Shown here: positions 48,685 to 60,919 of the stretch, in pieces
Layout of the letters: each line of letters begins with the position of its first letter
Numbering within the stretch: the first letter of the stretch is position 1
From: Schmidtea polychroa
Lineage: Eukaryota
NCBI GenBank assembly: GCA_044892525.1
Contig: CM097885.1
Coordinates: 218,302,001 to 218,366,000, forward strand
Length of the DNA stretch: 64,000 nucleotides
Direction of reading: 5' to 3'
Notes under the pieces: model-generated
What the model saw: the letters and a program-made list of their open reading frames with translations, nothing else
Told to the model about the DNA's origin: nothing
Database searches by the model: none
Made by a program: the position numbers and the translations under genes

Positions 48685-49170
48685 TTTATAAAATACTAAA
48701 TCATGGTAGAATCGTTTCAAGATAAATAAAGTTGAGCAACTTCACTTATATTTTAATATTAAAAATGTTATTTCAAAGTACTTAGGATATATAAACTCAT
48801 GGAAATATGTTACCGAATTAAATTTCTAGATCTGATATTATTCAGAAAAAAAAGATATTTATTAAAATTTACAAATATGATTTCAATGTATGACTGTATG
48901 ACCACTGTATGACCACTTAGAGGATGTAGAACAAGCAGAGAGTATAAATCTTCCAGTAGAAGGAAGACTATAAAATTGATTCAAAGAATTATTTTATGAT
49001 TTCGAGGAATATGGTCCTTTTGACTCTCGAATCAAATTGAGGACATCTATTTTGAAACTTTTTTAAAAATGAAATAAATAATTTTCAAAATCCGTATATG
49101 GTTTTCAAAATATATTTTAAATGAAATAGCATGTCATTTATAAATGAATCCAAAAGTTTTTTTTGTTTTT

Positions 49171-50747
49171 TTAATAAGTTAATAGTGTTGCAAAAGCTAT
49201 TGCAATGAAACTTGCATTTCCATCAACAAAATGTTCTGGTAATGTATAAATAGGAATACCCGCTTTGTGGGCTGTTGAAATTAAATATCTCGAATTTTTT
49301 AATTTATCTTTATTTAAACAAGTCATGTCTACCATGCCAGGAGCTTTAGAATCTATAATAATGGCTAACAAATTGTCATCAACAATCGCTCTATCTGAGA
49401 ATGAATTAATTATTCCTTTGCGTTTTTTCTTTTTAATTTCACAATTTATTATGTCAACCATTTCTTTTGTATTTATTCCATCTTTAGCAAAATAGAATCT
49501 TATTATTTCTAATATAATTGACAGGATACTCGATTTATCAGCATCAGCCAGCTTTTCGGCGTCCAAATTCTGGCAATTAAGAGAGAGCAATTGACAAAGT
49601 TTTATGATTTTCATGTTGTTGTGAACTCTTTGGGGATAAAATCTTTCCAAGTCAAAATTTAAAATAAATTTCATCCCACTTGTTATTCCCGGCTGAAGGA
49701 TTTCAAACATTTCACTAAAAATCCATCCGTTCCTACAGTCGGTTAACAGATGATTGGAAAACGGATATACATCAAACGAATTCAGAAAATTGCGACAAGT
49801 TAATTCTTCCAAACACTCGCCAGCGGCTCCGAATGATTTGGTCCGATGACTGGGATTGATTACAGGCAAGTCTCCATTGAAATAAATGAAAAGATATGAC
49901 ATGGTACTAATATGCAACTTGCAAGAACTCTCTCTTCGCTTATGTCCATTCAGTAAATCATCTTCAGTTAAAAAACTTTCAATATTTAATACTATTAAAT
50001 TACTGATAATATCTCTCGCTCTTGTCTCAACACATTTTTCATTGCTTATAGTCATGGGATCTGTCATTTTCATCCGTAGATTCACTGGAGCGACCCGATA
50101 TGTCAAATGACCGTAAAGTAAGCAGTCTTTGAAATCATCATCGAAGTCATTAATGAAATGGCGAAGCCCACTTTTAGACAAATGTAAATTGACATATCTC
50201 AATACTATATCGGATGGACTGAGCTCCTTCAAATCATCTATAGATTCATTAATTTTTTTAAGATCTACAATTTCTGGATGATGATAAATGTTGATTTGAT
50301 TAAAAAATCCTATCCGTATTATTTGCCATATTGTGTCTAAAATTGTAAATTTGTTTCCAGCCATTATTTCATTAATATCCACATTGCCCATATTGCCACC
50401 GCGACATCTGGCGGCATTTAACATTAAGCATAAATTATCCATTTTTTGTGAATAGGTCTTGGATAGGTCCTCTCCCCTATTTATTGCTCGTTCATCAATT
50501 GATTCCGGCAAAGATACTTGGACTAATTTACATAACAGAAAACCATCCTGAAGTTTATCATATAGGTCATCATTATATGGATCTATTGGTAAGTATAAAC
50601 TGGAATCTTTATCATCTGCAAGAATTTTATTAATCCATTTACAATAGGCCCGTCGTTCTGATTCTTCGTGAATCTAAAGAATATTCAAATAGGCTTTAAC
50701 AACTAATAAATTACCGAAAAATGTTTTTGAAGACTTTTTGCTGACAT
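49171..50747 (-). CDS. fim: Divergent fimbrin/plastin, 511 aa, four CH domains, no EF-hand headpiece
   Basis: Exon 1 50747-50715 (MSAKSLQKHFS), 41-nt GT-AG intron, exon 2 50673-49171. Encodes EESERRAYCKWINKIL...DGFLLCKLV...PESIDERAIN, WQIIRIG, RNFLNS, NSRYLISTAHKAG..YTLPE. In-frame TAA immediately precedes the ATG. Confidence 0.88.
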
Positions 50748-51371
50748 TTATTGTTTTTTACAATTTACGGCTCAATATCATAATTAATAAAATTAATAAG
50801 AAATTTTTTGATAACTATTTAAATTACGTTTTATTCAGCTGGAATTCACTCGCTGTCAGTTATTAAAGTCCTCTTCTACATTAATTAAAGTCAGTTGGTA
50901 TGTACATAAAATGTAAGGAAATTTAGGTCCTAGATTATAGGAAGGCATAAAAATTACATTAGTCATTAATAATAATAAAACCGTTATTGCGTATTTATGT
51001 AAATACGAGTCTATTGGGACAACCATACACTCTACCTCCTTGGGAACATTTTCAATTGTGGAGAAAGTGATTTATTTAACTTGCTTCAAATATTTGCAAA
51101 ACGTCTGAAAATATGTATCATGTGCATCCATGCATTCTCTGCCACTGTATACAATCGGAATGCAGTAAAGTTAAATTATTTTTACGTGCATGCATGAGTG
51201 TTAATTGATTTAATTAATTAATTAATTTAATTTTATTAATTTCAACAATTTAATTTTGTACATTTTATAATTTAAATAATTTTAGCTAATTTTATTTTAA
51301 TTTTCCTTAATTTTAACCATTTAATTCTATAAACTTTATAATTTACATAATGTTAACTAATTTTATTTTAA

Positions 51372-51464
51372 ATTTATTAAAAAGAGAGCTTAAAGACTAA
51401 ATCAGTAATATTTCGATGTTTTTTGATACTCACGAATTTTCGGCACTGCCTTTTTCAAGTGAAT
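51372..51464 (+). mobile_element. Hammerhead hairpin element, left arm only
   Basis: ATTTATTAAAAAGAGAGCTT...CTCACGAATTTTCGGCACTGCCTTTTTCAAGTGAAT. Confidence 0.8.
51428..51464 (-). ncRNA. Minimal type I hammerhead ribozyme motif without complementary arm
   Basis: ATTCAC-TTGAAAA-A-GGCAGTGCC-GAA-AATT-C-GTGAGT; 6-bp stem I including one G-U. Confidence 0.75.
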
Positions 51465-53390
51465 CTGATCATTATTGCATTTGACAATTGTTGTTGGGAA
51501 AAAATAATTTATTTCGTTTTTTATAATAAATTTATTGGTTATTTTATTTTAATTTTTATTATTTTTAACGATTTGATAAATTTTATAATTTACATAATTT
51601 CAAATAATTTTATCTTAATTTTTATTATCTTATCTGTTCTAATGGAAATTTTTTAGTTTCAATTTCTAAATGTCTTTATTTCTTTATTTTGTTTCCCTTA
51701 ATTTTTAAATAAATTATCCTGTTTCTTTCTTAAAGTATGCACTCATTGTCATAGCTCCTTCGTATGTAAATGCGAGTCATAACATCCCTAATTAATTCGA
51801 TTATCGTCTTTTGTATGAATATACGACCAATAATCCTTCTTAAAATTTCTTTTCATATTATTAATTAATTTATTATCAATTATTTTATTTATTATTATTT
51901 TGTTATCTAGTTGGCAGATTTTACAGAATGCGTTATTTTTCCTTTTACTGTGTTGGTGATTGCAATTTCTTGCGTTTCTTTATTTTATTATACGTGTTTT
52001 ATTTATCCTCAATGTGTTATGTACTTTCTTTTGTATTATTTGGTGTATGATCATGGATTTTAATTCAACTTAGTGCGGTTTTTATGTTCTGTATTTCCGA
52101 TTCATTAAAACAAACTCTCAATCTTCGGTTCTAGCCCAACACTAACATGACACTTCAAATACTTTATTATACATAACATTAGGAAAATTGTAAACGGGGA
52201 ATATCCCCAGACTCAAAATATAACCTTACAATTACAATAATATAGTCGGTTAATTCAAATAAATTTTCTCATTTTTCATAATGACTAAATAACAGGGCAA
52301 TCCCCGCCAAAATTTTAAAAGTGGAAAATTTTACTAAGTAATAAACCCGTCATTACGAATAAGTAGGCATAACTCACCAGGAGTACATTACTATAGATAG
52401 GAAAGTTGAATTGTTATTTAAATTATTAGTCGGATAAGGATCCTACTTATAAAAGCTCATTCTAATAGAATTTAAGGGTTTATCAGCCTAACACCTCTTT
52501 ATCCTTACCTGATGTATTACCATATATTATTTAGCTTAAAGTTGACTTAACGGAGAATTTTCATCATCATGTTCATTATTATTACTCTCCTTATTAATAC
52601 ACTCCGTATCATCCCTATTGTTGAGGATACCTAAATAAACAATTTATAAATAAATAAATAAAATGACTTGGGGGAAGATCGTCATGACAAACGGGACGAT
52701 CGATGGGAACTCAGAAAAGAAAACAGAAGTAAAAAGAAATTAAAAAGGAGAAAGATAAATCAAATAAAAGGAAACAAACAAGAAATTAAAACAAAGGTCA
52801 TTGTTAATTAAGAAGTACAAATGAAGGTGGAATTTCAAATTCCAGAAAAACAAAATAAGGGAAAAAGCCGTATCTTGACAGCTTGTCAAAGATAGCGAAA
52901 TTGTCGGGAGAAGGCGGCTTAACCAAAAAATGAAAATGGAAAAATATCTGATATCTGTCAGAGATAAGTCTAACGTAGAGGAAAAGGAAAATGGTAAACA
53001 GAATCTGAACAAATAAAATAACTATATAAAGGAAAGCTGTGTGGACATTGAATAAGAAGAAAATTAGAGACAAAGTGACGCGAAATTGAAAACAATTTGG
53101 AAGACGATTTGAGAGACGATTTGAGAGACGATTTGAGAAATAAAATTAGTGGAGAAAATTAGACGTTGGAGGAAACGTTGTTGGACAAACGATTGTCAAA
53201 ATAATTGTAAAGGAAATAATTGTGGAGAATAATTATTGGAGAATAGTTGAAGAAAAGAATTAGTTGAAAAATAAAACGAAAAGAAGTTATTTGATTATTT
53301 GAATAAAGTTGTGAAGAAAGTCAAAGAAAACAACCAGCTCAAAATCCCAGTTTAGAAACCAATCAGTAATTTGTGATCTTTAAAACCCGG

Positions 53391-53570
53391 TGTTATACAC
53401 AAGTGCTATTCCTCACCGAGTGTTGTAATTAGCATTGTATAGTCACCAAGCAGAGTGTTGAATTTATTGCCAGTGTAAAGAGAAAGATTATTTGTGATTA
53501 TCAATAAAGATTTCTGTTGTCAAGTGTTATTTGTGAATCGGTTCAAGACACGCTTGGAGTCAGAGTAACA
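53391..53570 (+). repeat. LTR-like segment
   Basis: TGTTA...TAACA inverted termini and internal AATAAA; no partner LTR, PBS or TSD found. Confidence 0.3.
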
Positions 53571-53653
53571 TTTAAAATTATCACCAACTCAATAACCCAA
53601 CACTATTAACATTATTGTTAAATTTGTTATTATTATTATGAGTATTAGTAGAT

Positions 53654-54310
53654 GGATATGTCCCTTCTACACCATGTCATTCCACGCCACTATCCCCCCC
53701 GGGAGAATTTTTTTTAACTCGGAATTTTATAACGGACATAAAAATATATAGTCTATATATAGAAAAAATGCTATAGTTTCCATGGAAATGAGCTCCAAAG
53801 TCTCTAACTTCAACATCAAATGCCATAATTTAACATCATTTATATATTATCAAACATAGAAAATCTTATATTATAGAAATAAAATCATATTCTTCAACAC
53901 ATGGTGGGACAATAAACAAAAGTTTTAATAAAAAAAATTTTTTTTTTAAATATGAAAGTACTTTAAAGTGAAGGTCACACCACTTGACTTAGAAAAAATT
54001 TTGAAAAATAAAAATGCATGGATAAATTTGAAAATTTTAAGGTCACACCACTTAGAAATTTTTTATATGAAAATACTTGAAAAATTCAACAAATTATTAG
54101 AAAAAATCAAATGGAATATTTTCAAAATATTTCCAAATCACAAAATCCCCAAAATAAAATTTTCCAACTCATAAATTTCCCAAATTTTATAAAGTCCCAA
54201 AATTATTTTCCCCAAATTTTCCCAACTCAAAAACTTCCCAAAATTATTCTTTCCAAACGTATTTTCCCCAAAATTTCCCAACAGAAAACTTTTCCCAAAT
54301 TGATTATTCT
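53654..54310 (+). mobile_element. Unclassified non-autonomous element with internal (AAATTTTCCC)-type satellite
   Basis: Starts GGATATGTC..CATGTCA..poly-C; shares terminal architecture with 63333; ~10-bp degenerate repeats at 54110-54310. Confidence 0.45.
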
Positions 54311-54833
54311 CAAATATTATAATAGTACATTTAAACATAATTAATAGTCACAAATATCAATTAATGAATTGTTGTAAGTTGATTAATAGTCACATAAAGA
54401 TTGTGATATTACAATAATTATTTACAAATATATTTTACAGTGACATAACTTTTATATTTTCCACGCTGTTGTTGTTGATGATTAAAGCATGCAAAGTGTT
54501 AGATCCATATGTCAATTTAATATTTCACCCACAAACCGCTACAAATTCAAATTTATTGCACCAATGTGAAAATGTCCATCTAAAATTTGATTTCACTGTA
54601 GCCTTAGAATTGTCGATTTCTCTAAGTTTCAAAATATTTTGTACCATTTGTTTGAAAATAAATTTTATTTCTAAATTTTCATTTTATTTTATTTAAATCT
54701 TGTATAATAGAATTATTTCAATTTAGCCTATTTCATTTAATGCTATTTAATGCTATTTATATATTTATTGAAGATAAAATATTAATCATTAATTTATTTT
54801 TATCATAACACATTTATTTAGATACTTCGCCAT

Positions 54834-56725
54834 TCAATCATCATGAACAGCCCAAAATCGTTTGAAATGATTACCATGTCTTTTATTCCAACTTCTTTTT
54901 CTTTTTTCCTCTTCAGATTCAAATTCAAGTGTTGCTTTTGGGTCATTTAATGCTGAAAAAATATATTTAAGATATAGTATTCAGTGAAGTATCATAAACA
55001 TACTGCACAAGCTATTTTTACACGAAGTGCCTTGGGGACATTTTGAACAAGCTGAACCAACTTCATAAGGAGCTTCTTCGCCGAAATTACCTCTTAAATT
55101 TAGAAAGTTACAATCAACATATTAATAATTAGGATAATCATAATGAATAGAATGAAAAGAATATCAATACTACAACNNNNNNNNNNNNNNNNNNNNNNNN
55201 NNNNNNNNNNNNNNNNNNNNNNNNNNNNNNNNNNNNNNNNNNNNNNNNNNNNNNNNNNNNNNNNNNNNNNNNNNNNNNNNNNNNNNNNNNNNNNNNNNNN
55301 NNNNNNNNNNNNNNNNNNNNNNNNNNNNNNNNNNNNNNNNNNNNNNNNNNNNNNNNNNNNNNNNNNNNNNNNNNNNNNNNNNNNNNNNNNNNNNNNNNNN
55401 GTAAAATATTTTCTTACGGATGTCTAACATTGAAGTACGATAAACATTACAAGCTTTGTGATACCCAGTTCTTGTCAATTTTCTTGAAAAGGAAATTTGG
55501 AAGGGTTATCTTATAGTCGAAAATTTTTTCATTTGTATTAAATATATAATTCGCAGCATTAGGCTTAAATTATCATTTNNNNNNNNNNNNNNNNNNNNNN
55601 NNNNNNNNNNNNNNNNNNNNNNNNNNNNNNNNNNNNNNNNNNNNNNNNNNNNNNNNNNNNNNNNNNNNNNNNNNNNNNNNNNNNNNNNNNNNNNNNNNNN
55701 NNNNNNNNNNNNNNNNNNNNNNNNNNNNNNNNNNNNNNNNNNNNNNNNNNNNNNNNNNNNNNNNNNNNNNNNNNNNNNNNNNNNNNNNNNNNNNNNNNNN
55801 NNNNNNNNNNNNNNNNNNNNNNNNNNNNNNNNNNNNNNNNNNNNNNNNNNNNNNNNNNNNNNNNNNNNNNNNNNNNNNNNNNNNNNNNNNNNNNNACATA
55901 ACTAGTATTTAAACTTACGCAGGTCCATAATTACAAATAAACAACCATCCATATGGAAATGTACCGAAGGTTTTTTCTTGGCAATTTACAGCAGCACAAC
56001 CCACTGCATAGCTTTTTGCCCAAGCGACCTTTATAATATATAATTAAAGAAAAATAAATTAAATATGAAATTAATTTCAATTCACTTGAGTACATTTCTT
56101 ATGAAATTTTTAAACTTTTTCATTGCAATTTTGAAATCATTTTTATAAAATTAAAATTAAAAACTATGAACTCAAATTTGAAATAAAAACTATTTTACAT
56201 AAACAAAATTTTGTTTTTACCTGAGTATAATGTCCACAAACAGCAGAACAATCTTTACCTTCATATGAGTAATCTTTATATTCATCGTACCACCCTTGAA
56301 CGACACTGAAAATTTTCAACACAAAAATGAAAAGTTAAAAAAATATTTGCAAGGTTTATACTCTTTGTAATTTGAACCCGCAAACATATTTTGACCAACA
56401 AACATAAATTTATTCAATTGCCTATCATCATATGTATCGTGTCCAGCAATGCATGAACTGGCCCAGCCTTCAGCTTTTTCAGCCAAAGCATCATCCCAAA
56501 CCTTTAAATTAGTTTAGACAAAGATATATTTTTATTATATTAGACAAAAATATTTACCATTTCAATCATGTTTGCAGCAGCTGGTTGATTGGGTGTTTGG
56601 CCAAGAGCAACTTTTCGTCTTAAATCATTATGAGCTTTGAGTAAAAATTCCTTGTATTCTGGAGGGGTAGATGATATCAAAGTGAATGTAATTCCATATA
56701 CAAAATAATAAAGTAGATATTTCAT
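54834..56725 (-). CDS. Secreted CAP/SCP (antigen-5/venom allergen-like) protein A, 236 aa, six exons
   Basis: Exons 56725-56558, 56501-56362, 56305-56221, 56028-55919, 55092-55004, 54952-54834 splice in frame. Signal peptide, HNDLR, GQNM, WYDE, GHYTQVAW, FICNYGPAGN, Cys hinge; tail KRKR-SWN-KR-HGNHF-KR-FWAVHDD*. Confidence 0.92.
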
Positions 56726-56793
56726 TTTCTAATTTTTGGAATTACGATTTAAAATAATAATTATATTTTATACTCATGCTTCACCAAGTTTAT

Positions 56794-56823
56794 GGAAATT
56801 AAAAAGGAAATTGCTATTTAATT
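56794..56823 (-). promoter_or_regulatory. Conserved upstream motif of CAP-A
   Basis: Plus strand GGAAATT-5nt-GGAAATT-G.TATTTAATT, 70-100 bp upstream of the ATG; near-identical arrangement upstream of CAP-B. Confidence 0.5.
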
Positions 56824-58429
56824 TGTTTAAATTGTATTTTTCATTTATATTCATGAGTGTATGGGAAATTTATTAATTAATAATTGCTTACAAAGAATAA
56901 CTGGTATTTTATATAATTTTTTTCTATGATCTTATAGTGAAAAATANNNNNNNNNNNNNNNNNNNNNNNNNNNNNNNNNNNNNNNNNNNNNNNNNNNNNN
57001 NNNNNNNNNNNNNNNNNNNNNNNNNNNNNNNNNNNNNNNNNNNNNNNNNNNNNNNNNNNNNNNNNNNNNNNNNNNNNNNNNNNNNNNNNNNNNNNNNNNN
57101 NNNNNNNNNNNNNNNNNNNNNNNNNNNNNNNNNNNNNNNNNNNNNNNNNNNNNNNNNNNNNNNNNNNNNNNNNNNNNNNNNNNNNNNTTTATAATTCGGA
57201 AGATTAAAACAGCTAGTGTAACTCCACATGCTCTTGAACAACTAATAATCAACACAATTAACTTTTAATATTATATCATTTCAAAATCTTTCGAATTCTG
57301 TTTGCCTCATCATTTGCCATCCGATCATACCAGTTTCCCCCTAATTTTATTCACTTCAATTATTATTTTTTAAATTTTGTTAAATTTTATATTTACTGTA
57401 GTGTAACGTTTTTTTAAATGTAATTATGAATTGTAATCATTATTTTTATTCGGGGCATATCCTTCGCAAACCAATAAAAAGGTATTATATAGTGATTCTC
57501 TATACTATAGAGTCTATAGTAATAATTTACTATTGAGAAATAACAAATTTTAAAAATTCAATAGAAAAAATTTAAAAAATTAAAAGTTGTACAGTGGCTA
57601 AGCTGATCAAAGAAGTCGCAACGAATATTTATTAAAGGTACTTTCGTAGAAATTTTAAAGGAGAAAGAAACTACATTGCTATAATATCTACTATATCAAT
57701 ATAGTATCAGAAAGATCAGGTAATCTGAAAGTTAAAGAAGAAATTATCCAATCTTAGAAAGTGCTTGGAACACCAAATTGTTCAGAGTTTTATAAATTAC
57801 GATTCTTAATTGAATCTTTTACCTCAATTAATAACTGGTTGTATCGTGATCAATCCTAACCCCTTACAGTTCTTCTCAGGCAATTGTTCTTCCAATTACC
57901 AGCATAACATCCATTGTAAATAATAGACTGAACCACTGTTCGCTGTCGATATTATAAAGTATTTTATTTTTTCGTTAATAAAGTGGTAATTTTTATTAAC
58001 TGTTAATCTCTACTATCATTATACATATAAGCATCCGGTTGTCCCGACACTTTTTACTGGTGACTCTACCGGGTGTTTCAAATTTTCTTAACATATTAAC
58101 GGATTATTTTACCGAAAAATATTTAAAAACTCACAATATTTACTATTTTGCAAATTGATTTCTGTACATTTAAACTTTATCTTGCAATAATCTAGACAAC
58201 CCCAACATTATTATTATAAGGAAGTACCACACAAACATGCATTTTACGATGTCTTTAAACAGTTTTCTTGTCATCATCAGGTAGAAGAGAAAAAAACTAG
58301 ATATTATTGATTTAATAAACAATTTAAACAATTATTAATAAATTATTAATAATTTTTTTAATTTTAAAAATATATTTAATTTAATTTAAATAATTAATTA
58401 TTTTTTCAATTTTTACTATTTTTAATAAA

Positions 58430-58563
58430 ATATTTGTTTAATGAATTTGCAAAAGTGTGTATAAATTGATAGAGTTATTGATGAAGAATGGGTCATTCTT
58501 AAATCATTCTTAAAAATGACGAGAAATTTATTGATTCACGTCAGTTTATTAAGGATTCATTGG
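58430..58563 (+). repeat. Direct repeat copy 1 (~134 bp)
   Basis: Nearly identical to 59633-59764. Confidence 0.9.
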
Positions 58564-58639
58564 CTATGCCAGTAAAAACTACAATTTTTTTACGATTAAC
58601 ATCAAATATGTTGATAACGTTAGATTGAGGTGTAGATTT

Positions 58640-59110
58640 GTAATTTTTAAGCAAATATATGAATAAAAGGACTGAAAATTAGGATAATATCAGATTAATA
58701 TACAAAATTTATAACTTGTACTCAAATATATGAATAGGAGGACTTTAGTTTAGGGTGATGTTAGATTAATATATAAAAATTATAACTGGTAATTTTTTTT
58801 CAAATACCTAGATAAAAGGACTTGAGATAAGGGTAACATTAGATTAATGTGCAGTTGCAGGGTGATTATAAGACTTATAATTTGTAATTTTAAACAAATA
58901 TATGGATAAAAAGACTGAAAGTTAGGATAATATCAGATTAATATACAAAATTTATAACTTGTACTCAAATATATGAATAGGAGGACTTTAGTTTAGGGTG
59001 ATGTTAGATTAATATATCAAAATTATAACTGGTAAATTTTATCAAATACATGAATAAAAGGACTTAAAATTAGGATAACATTAGATTAATATACAGTTTG
59101 AAGGGTGAAT
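58640..59110. repeat. Minisatellite of ~65-80 bp units with ~250-bp higher-order repeat
   Basis: Recurrent ATAAAAGGACT..TTAGGATAA.ATTAGATTAATAT; 58660-58800 nearly repeated at 58910-59050. Confidence 0.8.
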
Positions 59111-59152
59111 TTAAGTAGATTGTAAATTGTTGTTCTTGAGTTGCGTATATCC

Positions 59153-59500
59153 CAGGCCTGTTTAACCTTTTTGGGACTTCGGGCCATAAAAATAATGTTG
59201 AATCTTCCGCGGGTCACACATATATTAATATTAAAAAAATACATACATAAGTTTTGAAACCAATTTTTAATTTATTTTATATATTAAAATATCACATAAA
59301 ATGAATTATACATAAACGTCATAAACCGATTTATCAACACAAAAATCAAATTAATACTTTGTTAAATTAAAATTAATGCGATTTTTGAAATTACTTATTT
59401 TGCATTACATTGCTTACTGAAGGATTTATACCGCTAAGCGCTAAGTGCAGTGGATTTCTCAAATGTTTATCGGTTCAGTTTATTAATATGTTTACATAAC
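59153..59500 (-). mobile_element. hAT (Buster/Charlie-type) 3' fragment
   Basis: Terminus CAGGCCTGTTTAACCTTTT...GGGCCA; minus strand TDKHLRNPLHLA...K*FQKSH*, typical Buster C-terminus. Confidence 0.7.
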
Positions 59501-59632
59501 TATGATAAAAGATAATAGCATGATCTGAATACATCATAAAAATATTTTAAAAAAATAAAAAATAAATAAAAAATTTAAAAAAAAAAGTAAAATTCGGGTG
59601 GAGGGGACCCTTAGCTTTTTATATATAGAGAG

Positions 59633-59764
59633 ATATTTGTTTAATGAATTTGCAAAAGTGTGTATAAATTGATAGAGTTATTGATGAAGAATGGGTCATC
59701 TAAATCATTCTTAAAAATGACGAGAAATTTATTGATTCACGTCAGTTTATTAAGGATTCATTGG
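59633..59764 (+). repeat. Direct repeat copy 2 (~132 bp)
   Basis: Differs from 58430-58563 mainly by a 2-nt indel. Confidence 0.9.
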
Positions 59765-59913
59765 TTATGAATTGAAAATATGTCTTTGAATTTTGAAGAA
59801 TAATACATTTTTGTTGTTGTATAATAGTACAAGATACTTTGTTAAAATTTATATAAGCTAGTGTGCCATGGGATCTGGTTCTCGTTAAAACATGACTGTA
59901 GTTTATGTTTAAA

Positions 59914-59995
59914 AAAATTGACTTTGAATCAGTAAAGATATTGATGTTTTTTTGATATTCACGAATTTTCAACACAGCCTTTTTCACTTGAAAGT
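59914..59995 (+). repeat. Degenerate left arm of hammerhead hairpin family
   Basis: AAAAAATTGAC...GATGTTTTTTTGATATTCACGAATTTTCAACACAGCCTTTTTCAC. Confidence 0.65.
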
Positions 59996-60919
59996 TCTCA
60001 TAATTAAAATTTAGAAAACATTCTATAAATTAACTAAATTTTTCTATTTAGAATAGTTGATGTTTTGGAAATATTAGAAATACTTTCATAAATATTCATT
60101 TATATTATTATTAAATTTAAAATTAGGGACTTAATGGTCATAATCAATGTTAAAATGTGTGTATTTTTTTATTATCTATTTTGTAAACCGTACTTATATT
60201 TATTTAGTAATGTTTTTCTTCATTAATTTCTACTAGTCTCTTTTATGATAAAGTCTCAACTTTGTCTCCGAGACCCCCCATTTATTATAGATTGGTTTAA
60301 TTTTTATTACTAAACAACTTCATTAACCTCATTAGGGATGAAGTTAGTCAATCAAAACTGGAATAATTATGTAATAAATAGAATAAAATTTTTATTATCC
60401 AATTGATATAAATAGAGATTAATACTGTTTCATAATTTTAATCTTTTCATGCATAAATTATTTTGTAATAATATTTTTTCTCACATCACTTGAGAACTTG
60501 GTTATTATTTTTGAGAAAACACATAAAACATCATTAAATTGATTCTTTATAATGTTTCATTATCATTAAAATGACTTCGTTTAAACAAATAAATAAATTT
60601 TCAAAAATTGAATTATGACTCTTCTCTTATTGAGACATCATGCATGAAAAAATATAATTAAGTCTGATTAATAAATGAAAATAAAATCTAATTGAATTAT
60701 TTTAACATTTAAAATTCTTATAGAATCAACTTCTCAAAAATATTAAAATAAATAGTTAATTTACAGAATGAAAATTCATAACAATGAAAATAAAATTTTG
60801 ATCAAGTCAATTACTGAGAAACAAATCAAAGACGGATGCTTTATTATATTATTAATAATGCTTTATCAGAAATTTTTCAAATAAATTAATGTTCACAGAA
60901 TAATCCAACTTCCGTTCAA

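Noticed and set aside
54111-54344. FPK/ENFG repeat ORFs
   Set aside because: Translations of the AAATTTTCCC satellite.
14736-57255. About 20 ORF-track entries containing X runs
   Set aside because: They are open only because they span N-gaps; no coding evidence.
58640-59110. CRISPR-like array or LRR-coding repeat
   Set aside because: Eukaryotic context, no unique spacers or cas genes; all frames examined contain stops.
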